A stretch of DNA of 64,000 nucleotides from the human T2T-CHM13v2.0 reference genome, Homo sapiens, in the NCBI RefSeq assembly GCF_009914755.1, contig NC_060929.1; one strand, 5' to 3'. Below the pieces are notes generated by a model. It was given only the letters and a program-made list of their open reading frames with translations. It was not told the DNA's origin and searched no databases. Of the stretch, positions 1 through 12,773 are shown in pieces (position 1 is the first letter of the stretch; every line of letters starts with the position of its first letter). Made by a program: the position numbers and the translations under genes.

Positions 1-236
1 AGATGAAAATGTGTTCAGTCAGGTGGAGCATTCTTCCAAATTGTGAGCCTTGTTTTCGATAGATATAAATACATACACTCTCATATTTGAGTAAAATACG
101 TATAAAATGGAAAAATGATAATTCTAACAACATTCTTATTGAAAAATAATGAGTAACATTGTTATTTCAATTACACTAAAGTCAATAATGTTTATGTACT
201 AAAAATGAATCACACAATAACATTCCATTTTTAAGT

Positions 237-437
237 TTTCTCCCTCACCATGTGATACACTGGATTCCCCTTCACCTTCTGCACTCCAGCCTGGGTGAAA
301 CAGTGAGACCCCTTCTCAAGACAAACAAAAAAACAAACAAACAAAAAACTACTTGGCTTCTGGTGAGGCCTGTAGGAAGATTACAATCATGGCAGAAGGT
401 GAAGGGGAATCCAGTGTATCACATGGTGAGGGAGAAA
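237..437. repeat. Perfect 46-bp inverted repeat (arms 237-282 and 392-437, 109-bp spacer)
   Basis: 237-282 TTTCTCCCTCACCATGTGATACACTGGATTCCCCTTCACCTTCTGC is the exact reverse complement of 392-437, checked base by base. Confidence 0.95.
279..348 (+). mobile_element. Alu 3' terminal fragment with A-rich tail
   Basis: CTGCACTCCAGCCTGGGTGAAACAGTGAGACCC followed by an (AAAC)n tail; the rest of the Alu is absent. Confidence 0.85.
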
Positions 438-654
438 GCAGGAGACAGAAGGGGAGGTGCCACCATTTTTTAAACAACCAGATCTCACGTGAACTAACAG
501 AGTAAGAACATCCCTATTACCTTAGGAAGGGCAAAAAACCATTCATGAGGGATGCATCCCCATTTTCCCAACACCTCCTACCAGGCCCCATGTCAAACAA
601 TGGGGATTACACTTCAACAGGAGATTTGGAGAGACCAAATATACAAATTATAGC
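350..654 (-). mobile_element. MST-family MaLR LTR (MSTB-like), partial
   Basis: GGAAGATTACAATCATGGCAGAAGGTGAAGGGG...AAACAACCAGATCTCACGTGAACTAACAGAG...GGAGATTTGG...TATAGCA matches the reverse complement of the MSTB consensus as I recall it. Confidence 0.8.
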
Positions 655-1203
655 AGTTAGCATTATGAAATTTCTAAACCTTGATTTGAAACATCTATAA
701 TTATATACAGAAGTATGGATGAGTAAAGCCCACAGACTCTGCAACATCCGTATTCAAGTCTGCTTCTTTTACAGCTTCACATTGATTTTCATTGTGAATT
801 TAGCAGTCTGTCTACTCCATTAGATTATCGCTAATTTATGAATGTGGTATTTTTCCTAAATATGTAATTAAAAATAAGAAATTGATTATCTTACTTAAAA
901 ATAGTTGTATTCAAAAATAAAATTAAAGATAACAAAGGAAAGTAAGTAAATAAGTTTATTTACTGCAAAACTGAGGCTCCATATAACAAACCTAAATAGT
1001 GAAAAAATCAAAATGTCTCTAGAAGTCTGCATTGACTATTTTTATCTGATGAATTAATTTATGAGTAATATTCCAATCAAACCTGTGTTAATTACAAATT
1101 GGGGGACCAGTTAGCAGTGTGAGGGACCGAAGGACTAATGTATATTTACATTGTAATAAATCCCATTATATCATTCCTGAACTCAACAAAAAACATTAAT
1201 CTA

Positions 1204-1712
1204 CAGTCATGCTTCACCTAACCACTGTGATACTTTCTGAGAAATGCATCCTTAAACAATTTCGTCATTGTGCAAATACCATAGACTATATACCTGTACT
1301 ACATCTATATATATGTATGTATATATATAGGCTACCACACATCTAAGCTATAAAGTATAGCATGTTGCTCCTAAACTATAAATCTGTACAGTAAGTTACT
1401 GTACAGAATAGTGTAGTCAACTGTAACACAATGAGAGGTATTTGTAACCTAAATATATGAAAACATAGAAGATGAACAAATAAAAATACAGTATAAAAAA
1501 TAAAAAATTGTACACCTGTATAAGGCACTTACTATGAATAGAGCTTACAAGACTGGAAATTGCTCTGGGTGAGCCAGTGAGTCAATGGTGACTGAATACG
1601 AAAGCCTAAGACATTACCACACACTATTGTTAACTTTATGAACACCGTATACCTGGTTGTACTAAATTTATGAAAAAAAAATATTTTTCTGTATTTAATT
1701 ATAAATTAAGTT
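1204..1712 (+). mobile_element. Tigger3b (TcMar-Tigger) DNA transposon, left part
   Basis: Begins TA|CAGTCATGC (TIR) ...TTCTGAGAAATGCATC... and contains GACTGGAAATTGCTCTGGGTGAG; homologous to the opposite-strand copy at 45116-46282. Confidence 0.85.
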
Positions 1713-1716
1713 TGTC

Positions 1717-1940
1717 ACCAGCCTGGACAATATGGTGAAACCCTGTTTCTACAAAAATTTCTTTAAAAATTAGCCAAGAATGGTGGTGTCTACCTGGAGT
1801 CCCAGCTACTTGGGAAGCTGAGGCAGGAGAATCACTTGAACCTGGAGGCAGAGGTTACAATGAGCTGTGATTGCCACACTGCACTCCAGCCTGGGTGACA
1901 GAGTGAGATCTTGTCTCAAAAAATAAAATAAAATAAAATA
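1717..1940 (+). mobile_element. 5'-truncated old Alu (AluJ-like)
   Basis: ACCAGCCTGGACAATATGGTGAAACCC...CACTCCAGCCTGGGTGACAGAGTGAGA followed by an (AAAAT)n tail. Confidence 0.9.
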
Positions 1941-3531
1941 TAAAGCATTTTACTTTATATTTGAAATATTTACCCACTATTTAAATAGATATTTTAATAA
2001 TTAATTTTAGAAGTTTCTATTCAACTAATATTTAAATGTTTATTTCTAGTTCCTTAAATATAAGGAACCCAACCAATTAAACCTACTATTGAAAAGTACA
2101 ATTCTATTTTATATTATCAAGAATTAAACATCTTGGTTATAACCAATGCAAGGGTCTTAATTTTTTATTTCTCTCAATATTTACTAATATACTTCTATTT
2201 CTTTTAAAAATGTTCTGACTTATATAATCCCATTATGCCTCACTTGATTAGATACCAAAGCATTAACATTTAATGTCACATGTGTGGTTCTTTTTACATT
2301 TTTAATTTTAGAGTCCAACTAATCTTACATTAAACATATGCATGGAATTGTGGTTTTCATACTTTTTTATTTTTAATATAATAATATTTGTATTCAGGGC
2401 AAAAAACGTATATTTTAAATTAGAAGCATTTTAAAGGTGCTTTAATTTAGAAGCATTTTCAAAATTCAAATGTTAAAGTTATGCTGTAAAAATTATTAAA
2501 AGCTTTGAATAAAAATGTTTAAATTATTTCAGAAAGCACATCCATGTGTAGTGTTTTGACGCAGAGGAATGGAGATAAATCTGAACAATTATGGACAATG
2601 AACTGCTTTATAAATCTCTTGAAAATGGAGGCTAGTTTGTATAAATAGAACACCAGAAAGAGGTAGTTTGCACAGGTATAAAACAATTTGTTCCACAGAG
2701 GATAATTTTACATATAATACGTTAAAATATAGTTAATAACTGAGTTCAGTTTTTATTGTGTAAATCATTTGTGGTTTACATTTTGTATGAGGAAATGTGT
2801 TTTGTCTTCAGTAAAACCATATTTTATTGTCCAAAGAAGGATTGTTATTCACAAATTTATGCAAATCAACTGAGAATGTAACATATCCTCTGGTAAAGCA
2901 AGACTTTAATGAAAATGAAAATTATGACTCCCCAAAATTTCCATGGAAACTCTTGGGCTATGTCTGCTCACCAATACTAATAAGCTATGGAAGGTATTAT
3001 GATTATTTGTTGACTGGCAGAATATAAAGATTGTAAGACAATTTAAATCCATTCTCCAAAAAATATTTAACAAATAAGTTGACAGGAGTTCCCTAGGAGA
3101 GTATTCTTTTTTTAAAAAAAATCAGATTCCAATTGATAATAACTAGTCTATGCTCTTTTCCCAAGACAGTAGAATATCTGCAACAATCTCTGCTTTTTCA
3201 CTGATTTAATTTCCCTAATTTAACAAGTTGTAGGTATATAAATTCCCAAGAAAGCTTATTTGGTAAGCCTCAACATTTTTCTAATAGAACAAACTTCATT
3301 TAACATACATACTACTATGTACTCATATAGTGAAAAATGTAGAATCATTTCTAAACAAAATATAAGATGCAAGCTGCATGGGTTTCACCTTATGTACATG
3401 TTAAAGACATATTTATATATTTATTTAGTTATTCATTCTTATTATAGTATATTAGACATAATAGTCACACACACATTTATATTATAATGTCTGTTCTTAA
3501 AAATAAACAATTGTGTTGGGTTCTTTGATGG

Positions 3532-4338
3532 TGAAACCACCTTTGCAAAAATTATGACAGTGAGGGAAAGCTAATATGGCTGACTTCATCTTGCTTCCAC
3601 CTGACAACCTAACTCTACTTGCGCATTCCGGAGCATGGACCAAGCTAATTATGAGGGAAATTTAAAGTTTAACTTGAAAACAACAATGAAAACATTCCTT
3701 CCCCAAAGTAACTCCATCCTTGCTGAGGGATCAAAATCGCCTTTTTAAAACTAATAAATTGACCACAAGTTTGGATTATTTTAGGGGCTTGAATTCTGTT
3801 AGGATTTAGGTATAGGTAAACTGTAACTAGTGATTGTTTTATAACTAATCTTTATAACTAAGCAGCTGCTTACTGCTCAGGGGTCTTGTAGCCTGAGGTA
3901 GCCAGATTTGTAACTTCCCCAACTGTCTCTATAGATAACATAACTACTATAAAACCTAAGACTGTTTTTTGAGATGTTTTTTAGACTTTTGCATCATGGC
4001 TACCAATGACTCTGTCCAGACTCATGACTTATACCAAGGAATTAACCTAACCAATCATGTAACCTTCACTCAGAAACTGACTCAGTGCACAATGATAGTT
4101 TAGATATCCCTATGATTTTATCCCCAGCCCATCAGCAACACCCATTCCCTAGCCCCTGCCTACCAAATTATCCTTAAAAACTCTAGCCTATGTGTTCTGA
4201 GAGAGGTGGACTTGAGAAATATCTAGTGTCCTGTGGCTCTGCTGCCTTGTGATTATTAAACTCATCCTCTGCCGCAATCCTTTTGTCTCAGTGTATTGGC
4301 TTTTCTGTGCAGTGGGCAAGAAGAACCTACTGGGTACA
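3532..4338 (+). mobile_element. ERV1 solo LTR, LTR8 family (LTR8B-like)
   Basis: Starts TGAAACCACCTTTGCAAAAATTATGACAG and ends GGGCAAGAAGAACCTACTGGGTACA; flanks ATGG/ATGA look like a degenerate 4-bp TSD; ATTAAA signal near 4255. Confidence 0.8.
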
Positions 4339-4506
4339 ATGAGAGGAATCTTTAATACTACCATGGAGATTTATATAAATTAGGATTTCCTCAAAGTAAA
4401 GTCAGTATCTAATTATTTATGTTCCATTAATCAAGGTAGCTTTGTATACATGCTACATATGACAATGCAAATCTTACTTTTGAATTCACTATTTTCCTGT
4501 TTGTAT

Positions 4507-5147
4507 TATTGGGACTTAGAAAATTTAGAAAATGATACTCCAAAATGTGGCACTTTGACATGCTGGACTAAAGAAGCCTCAAGGTTTCTGACCTTCCCCT
4601 GCTTTCCTGTTCTCTTATCCACTTTTCGGAAGCAAACAGGACAGACTCTCTATGGAATTTCTTTATCTAAGAAAACTTATTTCCAGAAGACATATAATTG
4701 TCTTAAGAACTTCTCCGTAGGTTGGGAGTCTTCGCCATGTCCAGACATACTTATTATTTATTCTGAAGGCAGCTTTAAGAGATTATCTGGAATACTTTAT
4801 TTACATAATAAGACTAACATTGTTCACACTGAAGTTTCACATCTCACCTTCCTGCCACTTCCCCTCATAGCTCAGAAGAACTTTGTTCCAGAACATTGTA
4901 CTTTTGGCTTATTCATCTCCTTTGAAAATAATTTTCTTCTATCCTTCATCTCTCCTCCCGCTATTAAGAAGTGTATATAAGCATCTGGACCTATTCAGTT
5001 ATTGAGTAATCATTCTCCTGTTATTCCTCCATGCTATACACATTAAATAAATATTGCACATGCTTTTTAGCCTATTCATCTGTCCAGTTTTAGTTCATTT
5101 TCAGTGAATCTTTAGAGAGTAGAGGAAAAGCTTTACCTTGGCCCTTA
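4507..5147 (+). mobile_element. ERV1 solo LTR, MER39 family (MER39B-like)
   Basis: AGAAAATGATACTCCAAAATGTGGCACTTTGACATGCTG...AAGAAGCCTCAAGG start; TATATAA and AATAAA near the 3' end; homologous to 56711-57445. Confidence 0.75.
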
Positions 5148-7000
5148 AGCATTAGTTCTGCCCTAATTCTCCCATTGTTGTGAGTCTATGAACAAGTTGT
5201 GTTATCTTTCTAATTCTTTCTTATGTAATAAAGAGACAAAAATAGTATAAACTATCTGATACACTGAAGATTAACATTACTTATTGCATATTTTCTTTTT
5301 TCATTTGCTTAATGATAAAATTACTATAAAATTATCATCATTTAGAATGGAAAATAATAAAGGCAATGTTCCCAGTAATAAAAAAAATTAAAAACAATAA
5401 CTTTATTCACTGAGTTCTATATTTGTCAAAAATGTAACTGTGATTCTCACATCTGTTTATCGTGCATAATATTTTATCAGTTCTTTTTAATTAATATGTT
5501 GATGAATTAACAATCAAAATCATTTTTGTAGTTTGATTACATTCCTACAAGTAGAAAGTGGTAGTGTCAGTATTTAAACACAGATTAGAATGTTTTGACA
5601 GACATATTTTTGATGTTACATAACTCCTGCCCATAACATAGTATAATTGCTTAAATAAAAACTATTCGAGTAATTTCAGCATTATAAACTTTCCATAGTT
5701 TTATCCATGTCTTAAATAAAATATATCTATATTATACAAACATTTTGTCAAAGTAGGTACATTTCTTGGTTTCTTATCGATTGAAGACACCATATTTATT
5801 TGGATCAATTTAATAATTGTGCTCATTTCAGTCATAAAATAAATTACATTGATAGTCCATCCTTTACTATCTGGAAATTGATATTTCCAAATGTTAGTAG
5901 TAGTATTATTGAATATTATTTCAATTTTTTTAATTGCCATACTTTTTAACCTCTGATAAATATTTTACTTCAACATTTTAAGTAGTAAAGGTCATATAAA
6001 ATAACTCATTAAGACATTCTACAAATATTGATAGTTTATTAAGTTTTAACTATTCTACTAATCATTATGCATGGAATGGAACAGCAATCAGTTATGTTCT
6101 CCTTATGTAGCCTGCAGCTACTGGAAGAGAATAACCATAAATAAAGAAACAAATGGAAGTATGGTTTCAAAGTGGGAAGATTGTTAAGAAACCGAAGAAA
6201 TAAAATATTTTGACAAGTATTTTTTTCTTAACCAAATGGTAGCCAGGCTTTTTAATCTTCTGCTAGGCCCATCTGTGCAGTTCCTTGCAAATTCCAGTTT
6301 TAGCAAAGAACCCTGCTAAGTCAGTTTAGCAAGCACTTCTCCTCTCCCACTCCTTGATAGCAGATCAGATCTCTCATTCTTCACTATCCTCTCAATGCTG
6401 TCTGATCACCTTGGCCTGTCTTCAGCAAGCGTCATGTTTGAGCAGTTTAGCCAGAATCTTTCTTACCCCTGATGTTTTCTGTTAGTAATTTTCTATCTAC
6501 TGATATGTACACTGTTTCATGGGTATATATTTCCACTTCTCCATGTTGTATTTAGAATTGAGTCCAATATCTCTTCCCACACTACAAGTGGTCCCTAAAA
6601 CAAATATAATGGTTTGGATTATAGTCTTTTTTTATTGTGCTTTAACAAGTATCATTTAATCATTCTTTAACAGTTATAGTGTGATGACAGATAGGACCAG
6701 ATTTATCATTAGATTCCTAGGTCTCTCACCCAGGACCCTAAGTACACTCCTTTGAAGCTTTTGTCTTCATTTCTGGCTGAGTGAGAATCAATTGGAGAGT
6801 CAGACTCCTGAAACGTTGCCCCAGACAAACATCAGCTACAGCTGGTAAAAACAAATTTTGATTCTTAAGATATGAGGATACTCTCCAAAGCTGGATTAAA
6901 ATCCCAGGCTTTTTTGAAACATACCCCGTGGGATGTAAGGTCTTTTCTTGGCTCCTTGTTCTGAGTGGGAACCATTCCCTGAATTGCTGGGCTGTAATTA

Positions 7001-7002
<2 letters not shown>

Positions 7003-7038
<36 letters not shown>
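7003..7038. repeat. Poly-T tract (T36)
   Basis: 36 consecutive T. Confidence 0.95.
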
Positions 7039-7039
<1 letters not shown>

Positions 7040-7179
7040 GCTCTCTATTTTTGAGTAGAGATTATTCCCTGACTCCCTGGGCTAAAAGTCCTTCTTTCTG
7101 GCTCTCCACGAGACTTCTTTATTCTGTTGGGCCCTGTCTGTCCCATGGGAAATTCTCTGTCACCTAAAACCCTTCTTCT

Positions 7180-7459
7180 TTTTTTTTTTTTTTTTTTGAG
7201 ACGGAGTCTGGCTCTTTCGCCCAGGCCCGAGTGCAGTGGTGCAATCTCGGCTGACTGCAAGCTCCGCCCCCTGGGTTCACACCATTCTCCTGCCTCAGCC
7301 TCCCGAGTAGCTGGGACTACAGGCGCCCGCCACCACGCCTGGCTAATTTTTTGTAATTTTTTTAGTAGAGACAGGGTTTCACCGTGTTAACCAGGACGGT
7401 CTCGATCTCCTGACCTCATGATCCACCCGCCTCAGCCTCCCAAAGTACTGGGATTACAG
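7180..7459 (-). mobile_element. AluY-family element, slightly 5'-truncated, nested in the provirus
   Basis: AluY diagnostics (GCAAGCTCCGCC, CCATTCTCC, GTCTCGATCTCC); TSD AAAACCCTTCTTCT at 7166-7179 and 7460-7473; lacks about 22 nt at the 5' end. Confidence 0.93.
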
Positions 7460-7767
7460 AAAACCCTTCTTCTTAAACACCTGCTGATTATATGCTCTGC
7501 AAACTCGATTTACCCCTGTGAGACAATTTTCCCTCCCACTCCAACCCATCAAACACTGGAACTTTGAGTCCTGTAGCCTCCATTGAGAGTTGTCAAGGGA
7601 TGCGTAGTCTCCTCAAAGGCAAGCGTCTGTGGCTGAAAAGAGACAAGAGCAGGACACTATTTGGAAAGTGGGCAAATGAAAAATCTTAGTCGCCTTCTTC
7701 ACAAATATCATTAAAAAGCTTTAGCTTTTATTGAGTAGGTAAACTCAACTTATCTTATTTTCATCAA

Positions 7768-7859
7768 AAACAGAATTTATCTTCACATGGAGTAAAGATT
7801 AAACAGAATTTATCTTCATATAGAGTGAAGATAAACAGAATTTATTTTCACATAAAGAT
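7768..7859. repeat. Short tandem array, ~32-33-bp unit, about 3 copies
   Basis: AAACAGAATTTATCTTCACATGGAGTAAAGATT / AAACAGAATTTATCTTCATATAGAGTGAAGAT / AAACAGAATTTATTTTCACATAAAGAT. Confidence 0.9.
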
Positions 7860-9893
7860 AAATCAGTGAGTCTTTTACTGCTTCATTACTACAAATTTTA
7901 AAGATTTATTTTTTTTAAGTATCTGGTTTCATTTGTTTGTGTCTTTATGTATTTGTATATGTATCTCTCTGTATTTATGTGTTGTTTATATAAAATATTT
8001 TTCTACCCCCAGTGATATTACCAAGCTAAAATACCCAAATTGGTTGAGGGATAAATGAGCACTAAAACAAATTAAGCATGCATAAAATGCTCAGAAAAAA
8101 AAGAAAACTGACCCAAATTTTTTTTTAAGTTAACATAATCTGGGATAAATAAAAACTAGGCATAAAATTGTGTGTAAAATAAAAATATGGAAGTTTTCAG
8201 AATTGTGAGCATTAAATATAATATAGACATGCATTTTTGCCTGGGTTTGCTAGTCAGAAAACTTTGTGTTTTCTATGCTAGGTGTTTACGCTTGCAAAAT
8301 TATAAGTCCAATCTGAGAGCAGAATGTAGAATGCAGACTGAAATAAATTGTTGATTGCTTGCTGAACATAAGTTGAAAAAAAGAGAGAGATAAAAGGGGT
8401 TGTAAAAATCTTAACTTGTGTTGGCAAAGCTGACTGAGATTGGATAAATTTATGTATACAATTTTATTAAAATTGGTTTTAATAGTCAGTAAAAGTAAAA
8501 TTTAGCCTTTTCTGTCAAAACAACAGTATTTAGAAAATATTTATCTGTTCTTAACAGAAAATTGTGGAAGATTTTTCTTTACCTCTTAGGCATCTGGCCT
8601 ATAAAATAAAGGCTTTGCATTTTATCAGGATAGATTCTTGTACCTCATTTTGTCTTTTATTAGGTCTTTGATTACTTAAGCAACATGATTCTTCTCAATA
8701 TTAATTTTGTTTACAACTATGTAACTTTCTGTATATTTCTTTAAAATCTTTTCTTGTCACTTAGAACAAATAGATAACTAAAATCATACTTATTTAAGTG
8801 TTTCAAACCATTTGGCACTTTTGACAAACTTCTCAAAGTAAAGTTTTAAGCCTTTTCACTTTGAATTAACTTTGGGATTTTCTAGTTGGTCACCTTCAAA
8901 ACTCAAAGAACATGTCTCGAACCTTGTAGAAGAGAGATATTCAACTAACTATGCTTATTTATATGTTAAATTATATGAGAAGCATTGTCAAATAAATGAT
9001 GCTTAATTTTTTTAAAAAAATTTAAAAATTGTATTTGTGGATATATTATTGATATCATTGTTCCAAATATACTATGAGATCTCTAGAAATCTAACATGTT
9101 CTCAGTTAGTTATAATTTTGTTTATTATGTTAAAATGTTGTATGCCACTAAAACAACCAAATGTCCTTGTCAGTTGTGTCATTATTACACATGTACTCTC
9201 AGAAGAATTTTACCCATAATAATTTCAAGTCTTTGTTTTCATAGACAGCTATTGTTTTACTTTAATTCTTCCCAAAAAGCATGCAATCAGCTACAGTCTA
9301 ACAGTCCCTCTTCTTTCAGGACATTTATTAAAAATACTCTAACATGTGCTCTGGAATATAGGTTTCTGGTAACTTTGAGATCATGCCATTGCACTGGATA
9401 AGAATTTCCAAAACTCTAAAGAAGAAGCTTGAGGTTTAATAAAGCTGCTAACCAAGGTCAAGAATTAACAATATGACACTAAATGAACTAACAAGGATAA
9501 TTTTTAATGATTCTTTGTTTGAAACATTGTTCATTCCTTAAATGTTTTGTTGTCCAGATTTAAGAAAACCTTTTTCTTTTAAGCTAATTGCTTTCAGCAA
9601 CTCAGTAAAGCGTAGTTTGGGATCAATAAAGGAAATACTTTTTCTTCTTACATATTTACTCCAGAATTTGGCAACTATTTGTGTTCTTATTTTTATGTCA
9701 AGATAGTAATTTGCATAAGTTCAATAATAATATACTTTCTTCATAACAGGACATAATTGAAAAAACTGATACATTACTAAGACTTTCACTGGAATGTCAC
9801 ATTTTCAGATATGACCAAAGAGCTTCAAGAAACTAAGATTTACTTTATGGCAATAAAGCCCCCTTTGGAAAACCAGCCTGAGTATTTCCAGCT

Positions 9894-10198
9894 TTTATAA
9901 AGAAAAAGAGGCTTAATAGACTCACAGTTCCACATGGCTGTGGTGGCCTCACAATCATAGTAGGTGAAAGGCACGTCTTACATGGTGGCAGACAAGAGAG
10001 ACTAAGATTGCCCAGTGAAAGGGAAAACTCCTTATAGAACCATCAGATCTCATGAGACTTGTTCACTACCACAAGAACAGTATGGAGGAAAGCCCCCATG
10101 ATTCAATTATCTCCCACTGGGTCTCTCCCACGACACGTGCGAATTATGGGAGCTACAATTCAAAATATTTGGGTGGGGACACAGCCCTAGCCATATCA
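9894..10198 (-). mobile_element. THE1 (THE1B-like) MaLR LTR nested in the provirus, one end clipped
   Basis: GACTCACAGTTCCACATGGCTG...CCATCAGATCTCATGAGACTT...GGGTGGGGACACAGCC...CCATATCA. Confidence 0.88.
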
Positions 10199-11569
10199 AG
10201 AATGTCATTTCCTTGTAGGTCTAGGAACCTCAGGATATTTTGGGTACCTCACTAAGAAAGGAATTCACCAAAATATATAAGTGTTACAGATGCATCCTGA
10301 TGGCAGGTCCTGGGCTTGTCTTTAGAGTGTCAAGAGGTGTTTACAACTCGAATCTGAAATTTTTTAATGAAAAGTTCTAGTGAAACAAACATAAAAAGAA
10401 CCTATATTGTCAATCACTACTCTTGCTGCACTTATGTAAATAATCGGGCAAAGTTTAATAAAACAAATTATTTTGCAAATATCTTACTTTATCTTTGGTA
10501 GAAATGGAAGTGGCTATAGAGACAAAAATTATGTTTTAGAAGGAAACTACAGCACACTCAATAATAGATTTTAGTCATGTTTGTCTTCTTTGAGGTTTTA
10601 TTATGTATCTATAATCTGGACTGCAGTCTCAATAATTCTAGTTTACTTCAATATCTGGCTATGACTTTTCATACAAACATTTTCAATTTTCTTCCATCCT
10701 TTTTGGTTGGAATCACTGCTCTTTTCCAGAAACTCTGGAAGAAAGCTAAAGCTGAACAACACGGTATAATACAAACTGCTTTTTTTCTGATGCCCTGCAA
10801 GCTGAAGCTGGATGACCTGATATAATACTCAGAGAAACCTCCACAACAGCTTATGCAAGAACAACCTTTATGACGTCCAAATTGCAAACACAGGAAATCT
10901 GTCAGATGGCCACTGCCTATCCTCATTTCAACTAAAGAAGCTTCAGGGTCGGCATCTAGAAATCTTTTCAACTGGCTGCCCTTTAGACTCAGAAACGGAG
11001 TCTACAGATTATTTCAAATATTAATATTTGCTTTTTTAAAAAAAAACTAAAAGTAATATAAATTAGTCGGTCGTGATTAAAGGTTTGATAGTTCACACCA
11101 TCCAGGAGATATCCTGTACTACCAAGTCCCAACAGATGATTTAATTGAACCTTAATAAACAAGAAAATGGAGTTACGTTGTTCAAAGGAAGAAAGAATGT
11201 TTCTCTTTCCTTGAGCAAGAGAGAATGACAAAGATTCTCCACTTGGCCAAACTTCAGACAGGATTCTGAATCTTCTGCTAGGCCCATCTGTGCACTTATT
11301 TGTAAAATTTAGTTTTAACACAGAAACTTCCTAACTCAGTTTAGCAAGAAACTCCTTCATCCTCGATATCTGATCATCCTCAATATCTTATCAAAGTTTT
11401 ATTTTCCACCATCCCCCAGGATGTCAGATTAGCTTGGCCTGTCTCCCAAAAGAATGATCATTATGGTCCTGTGTAAAGCATTTCTTACCACGCTTTAACA
11501 AGTACTATTGATTTTTTTTTCTTTTGGAATTTGAGAAAGCAAAACTAGTGGTGGAAGGTGAAAGAATAT

Positions 11570-12285
11570 CTCTTTTGATTTGATGCTGAGAGAAGTTTTA
11601 CTTAAGAAGTTGACATTTTATAAGAGACTAGAGGAATAAGAACAAGACAAATACGTCCAGACTGTAAGTAAAGACACCATTAACAAAGAAAACAACATAT
11701 ACACAAAGACTCTGGCAGAACAGGCCTTTGTGTTTTGAAATAACTTAAGACGAGTATGTATCGAGCTTACCTGGCCAGAAGAAGGAGATACAGATAGTAA
11801 AATTAGAGAGATTGTGATGGGGTCATATATACGGTTGGATGCATATCTAGATCTAATAAGTGAGGCCTAGACTAGACCAGAGATTGTTGCTACTTTTATA
11901 TAATTTACATTTAATACATGGGACTTAAATAAAGTAGAGATAAAATACACAAAGAAGAAAAATGCTGCAATAGGGTTGTAATAAAAGGTACTCCTGTCTT
12001 TAAATATCAGATAAAACAGGAGAAAAATCAAAGGTGAGATGAGACAACTGAGAAAAATAAGAGGCAAAAATAGAAGCCTGTCATATGAAAAGAACCAAGA
12101 GAACCAAGAGCTTCAAGGAAGAAAGTTTGAAAGCTATACAAAATTCTACAGATATTTTAAAGAAGATACTAATGAAAAAAACTCTTCCAATAATAAAAGT
12201 CTAAGGTAATTATTTTTGGAAAGCACATTTTCACTTGGAAAAGGAAGGAAGTAATGATAAAACTGTTTGAAAAGGGAATGAGATC
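11570..12285 (-). mobile_element. Highly decayed L2 fragments
   Basis: Purine-rich stretch resembling the antisense L2 3' region (GAAGTTGACATTT...AGAAAACAACATATACACAAAGACTCTGGCAG). Confidence 0.45.
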
Positions 12286-12773
12286 CCCCACTTCCCTTTG
12301 TACATCACTAATATCACCAGCTACCTCTATAGCCTAGGTCTTTCCTGTTTAAGTATATGCACATGCTTGTTGTTGTATTACATTGAATTATTTTTCTAAT
12401 TTTTCACTCTATTTTACTAGTATTTAATATCTACGTCTTTGGGATTACCTAGGTTTCAGTTTTAACCACGTGATTATATTGACCAATGGGATTTTGGTGG
12501 CTGTAAATGACACCAATTATTAGCTTATGCTTATAAAGTTGTGCTTAATATATTGGTTTAGAGGCCTTTTCTGAAAAGATAACATAGCAGTTGTATCACA
12601 AGCCACAGTTGGAGAACGAGAAACATGGAACAAAGTTAATTCAGCTGATCTGCAGACTGTAGCAGAACCTCCAAGAAGACCAGAAGATGCAAGGTCTGAG
12701 TCATTACCACTCCTGGAGTTCTGCAAACATATGCAAGAGAAATAAATGCTGTTTCTTCTATGTCTTCTTCCTA

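Larger units (their letters stand above)
6211..11525 (+). mobile_element. Non-autonomous ERV1 (MER4-group, MER31-like) provirus with both LTRs
   Basis: 5' LTR 6211-6672 (TGACAAG...CTTTAACA) and 3' LTR 11226-~11525 (TGACAAAGATTCTC...) share AATCTTCTGCTAGGCCCATCTGTGCA, TCAGTTTAGCAAG and GCTTTAACAAGTA; a purine tract GAGCAAGAGAGAA precedes the 3' LTR; the internal region is AT-rich with no recognisable retroviral ORF. Confidence 0.8.

Noticed and set aside
4450-4980. Longest ORF in the window (176 aa)
   Set aside because: Lies almost wholly inside a MER39B-like LTR and has no recognisable domain; most likely a chance ORF.
7045-7390. ORFs resembling database 'Alu-containing' proteins (also 23467, 24377, 27053, 40128, 44370, 53467)
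   Set aside because: Translations of Alu sequence.
10577-11321. Cluster of 82-110 aa ORFs as an env gene
   Set aside because: No recognisable env motifs, the two longer ORFs are antisense, and all lie in decayed ERV 3' internal or LTR sequence.
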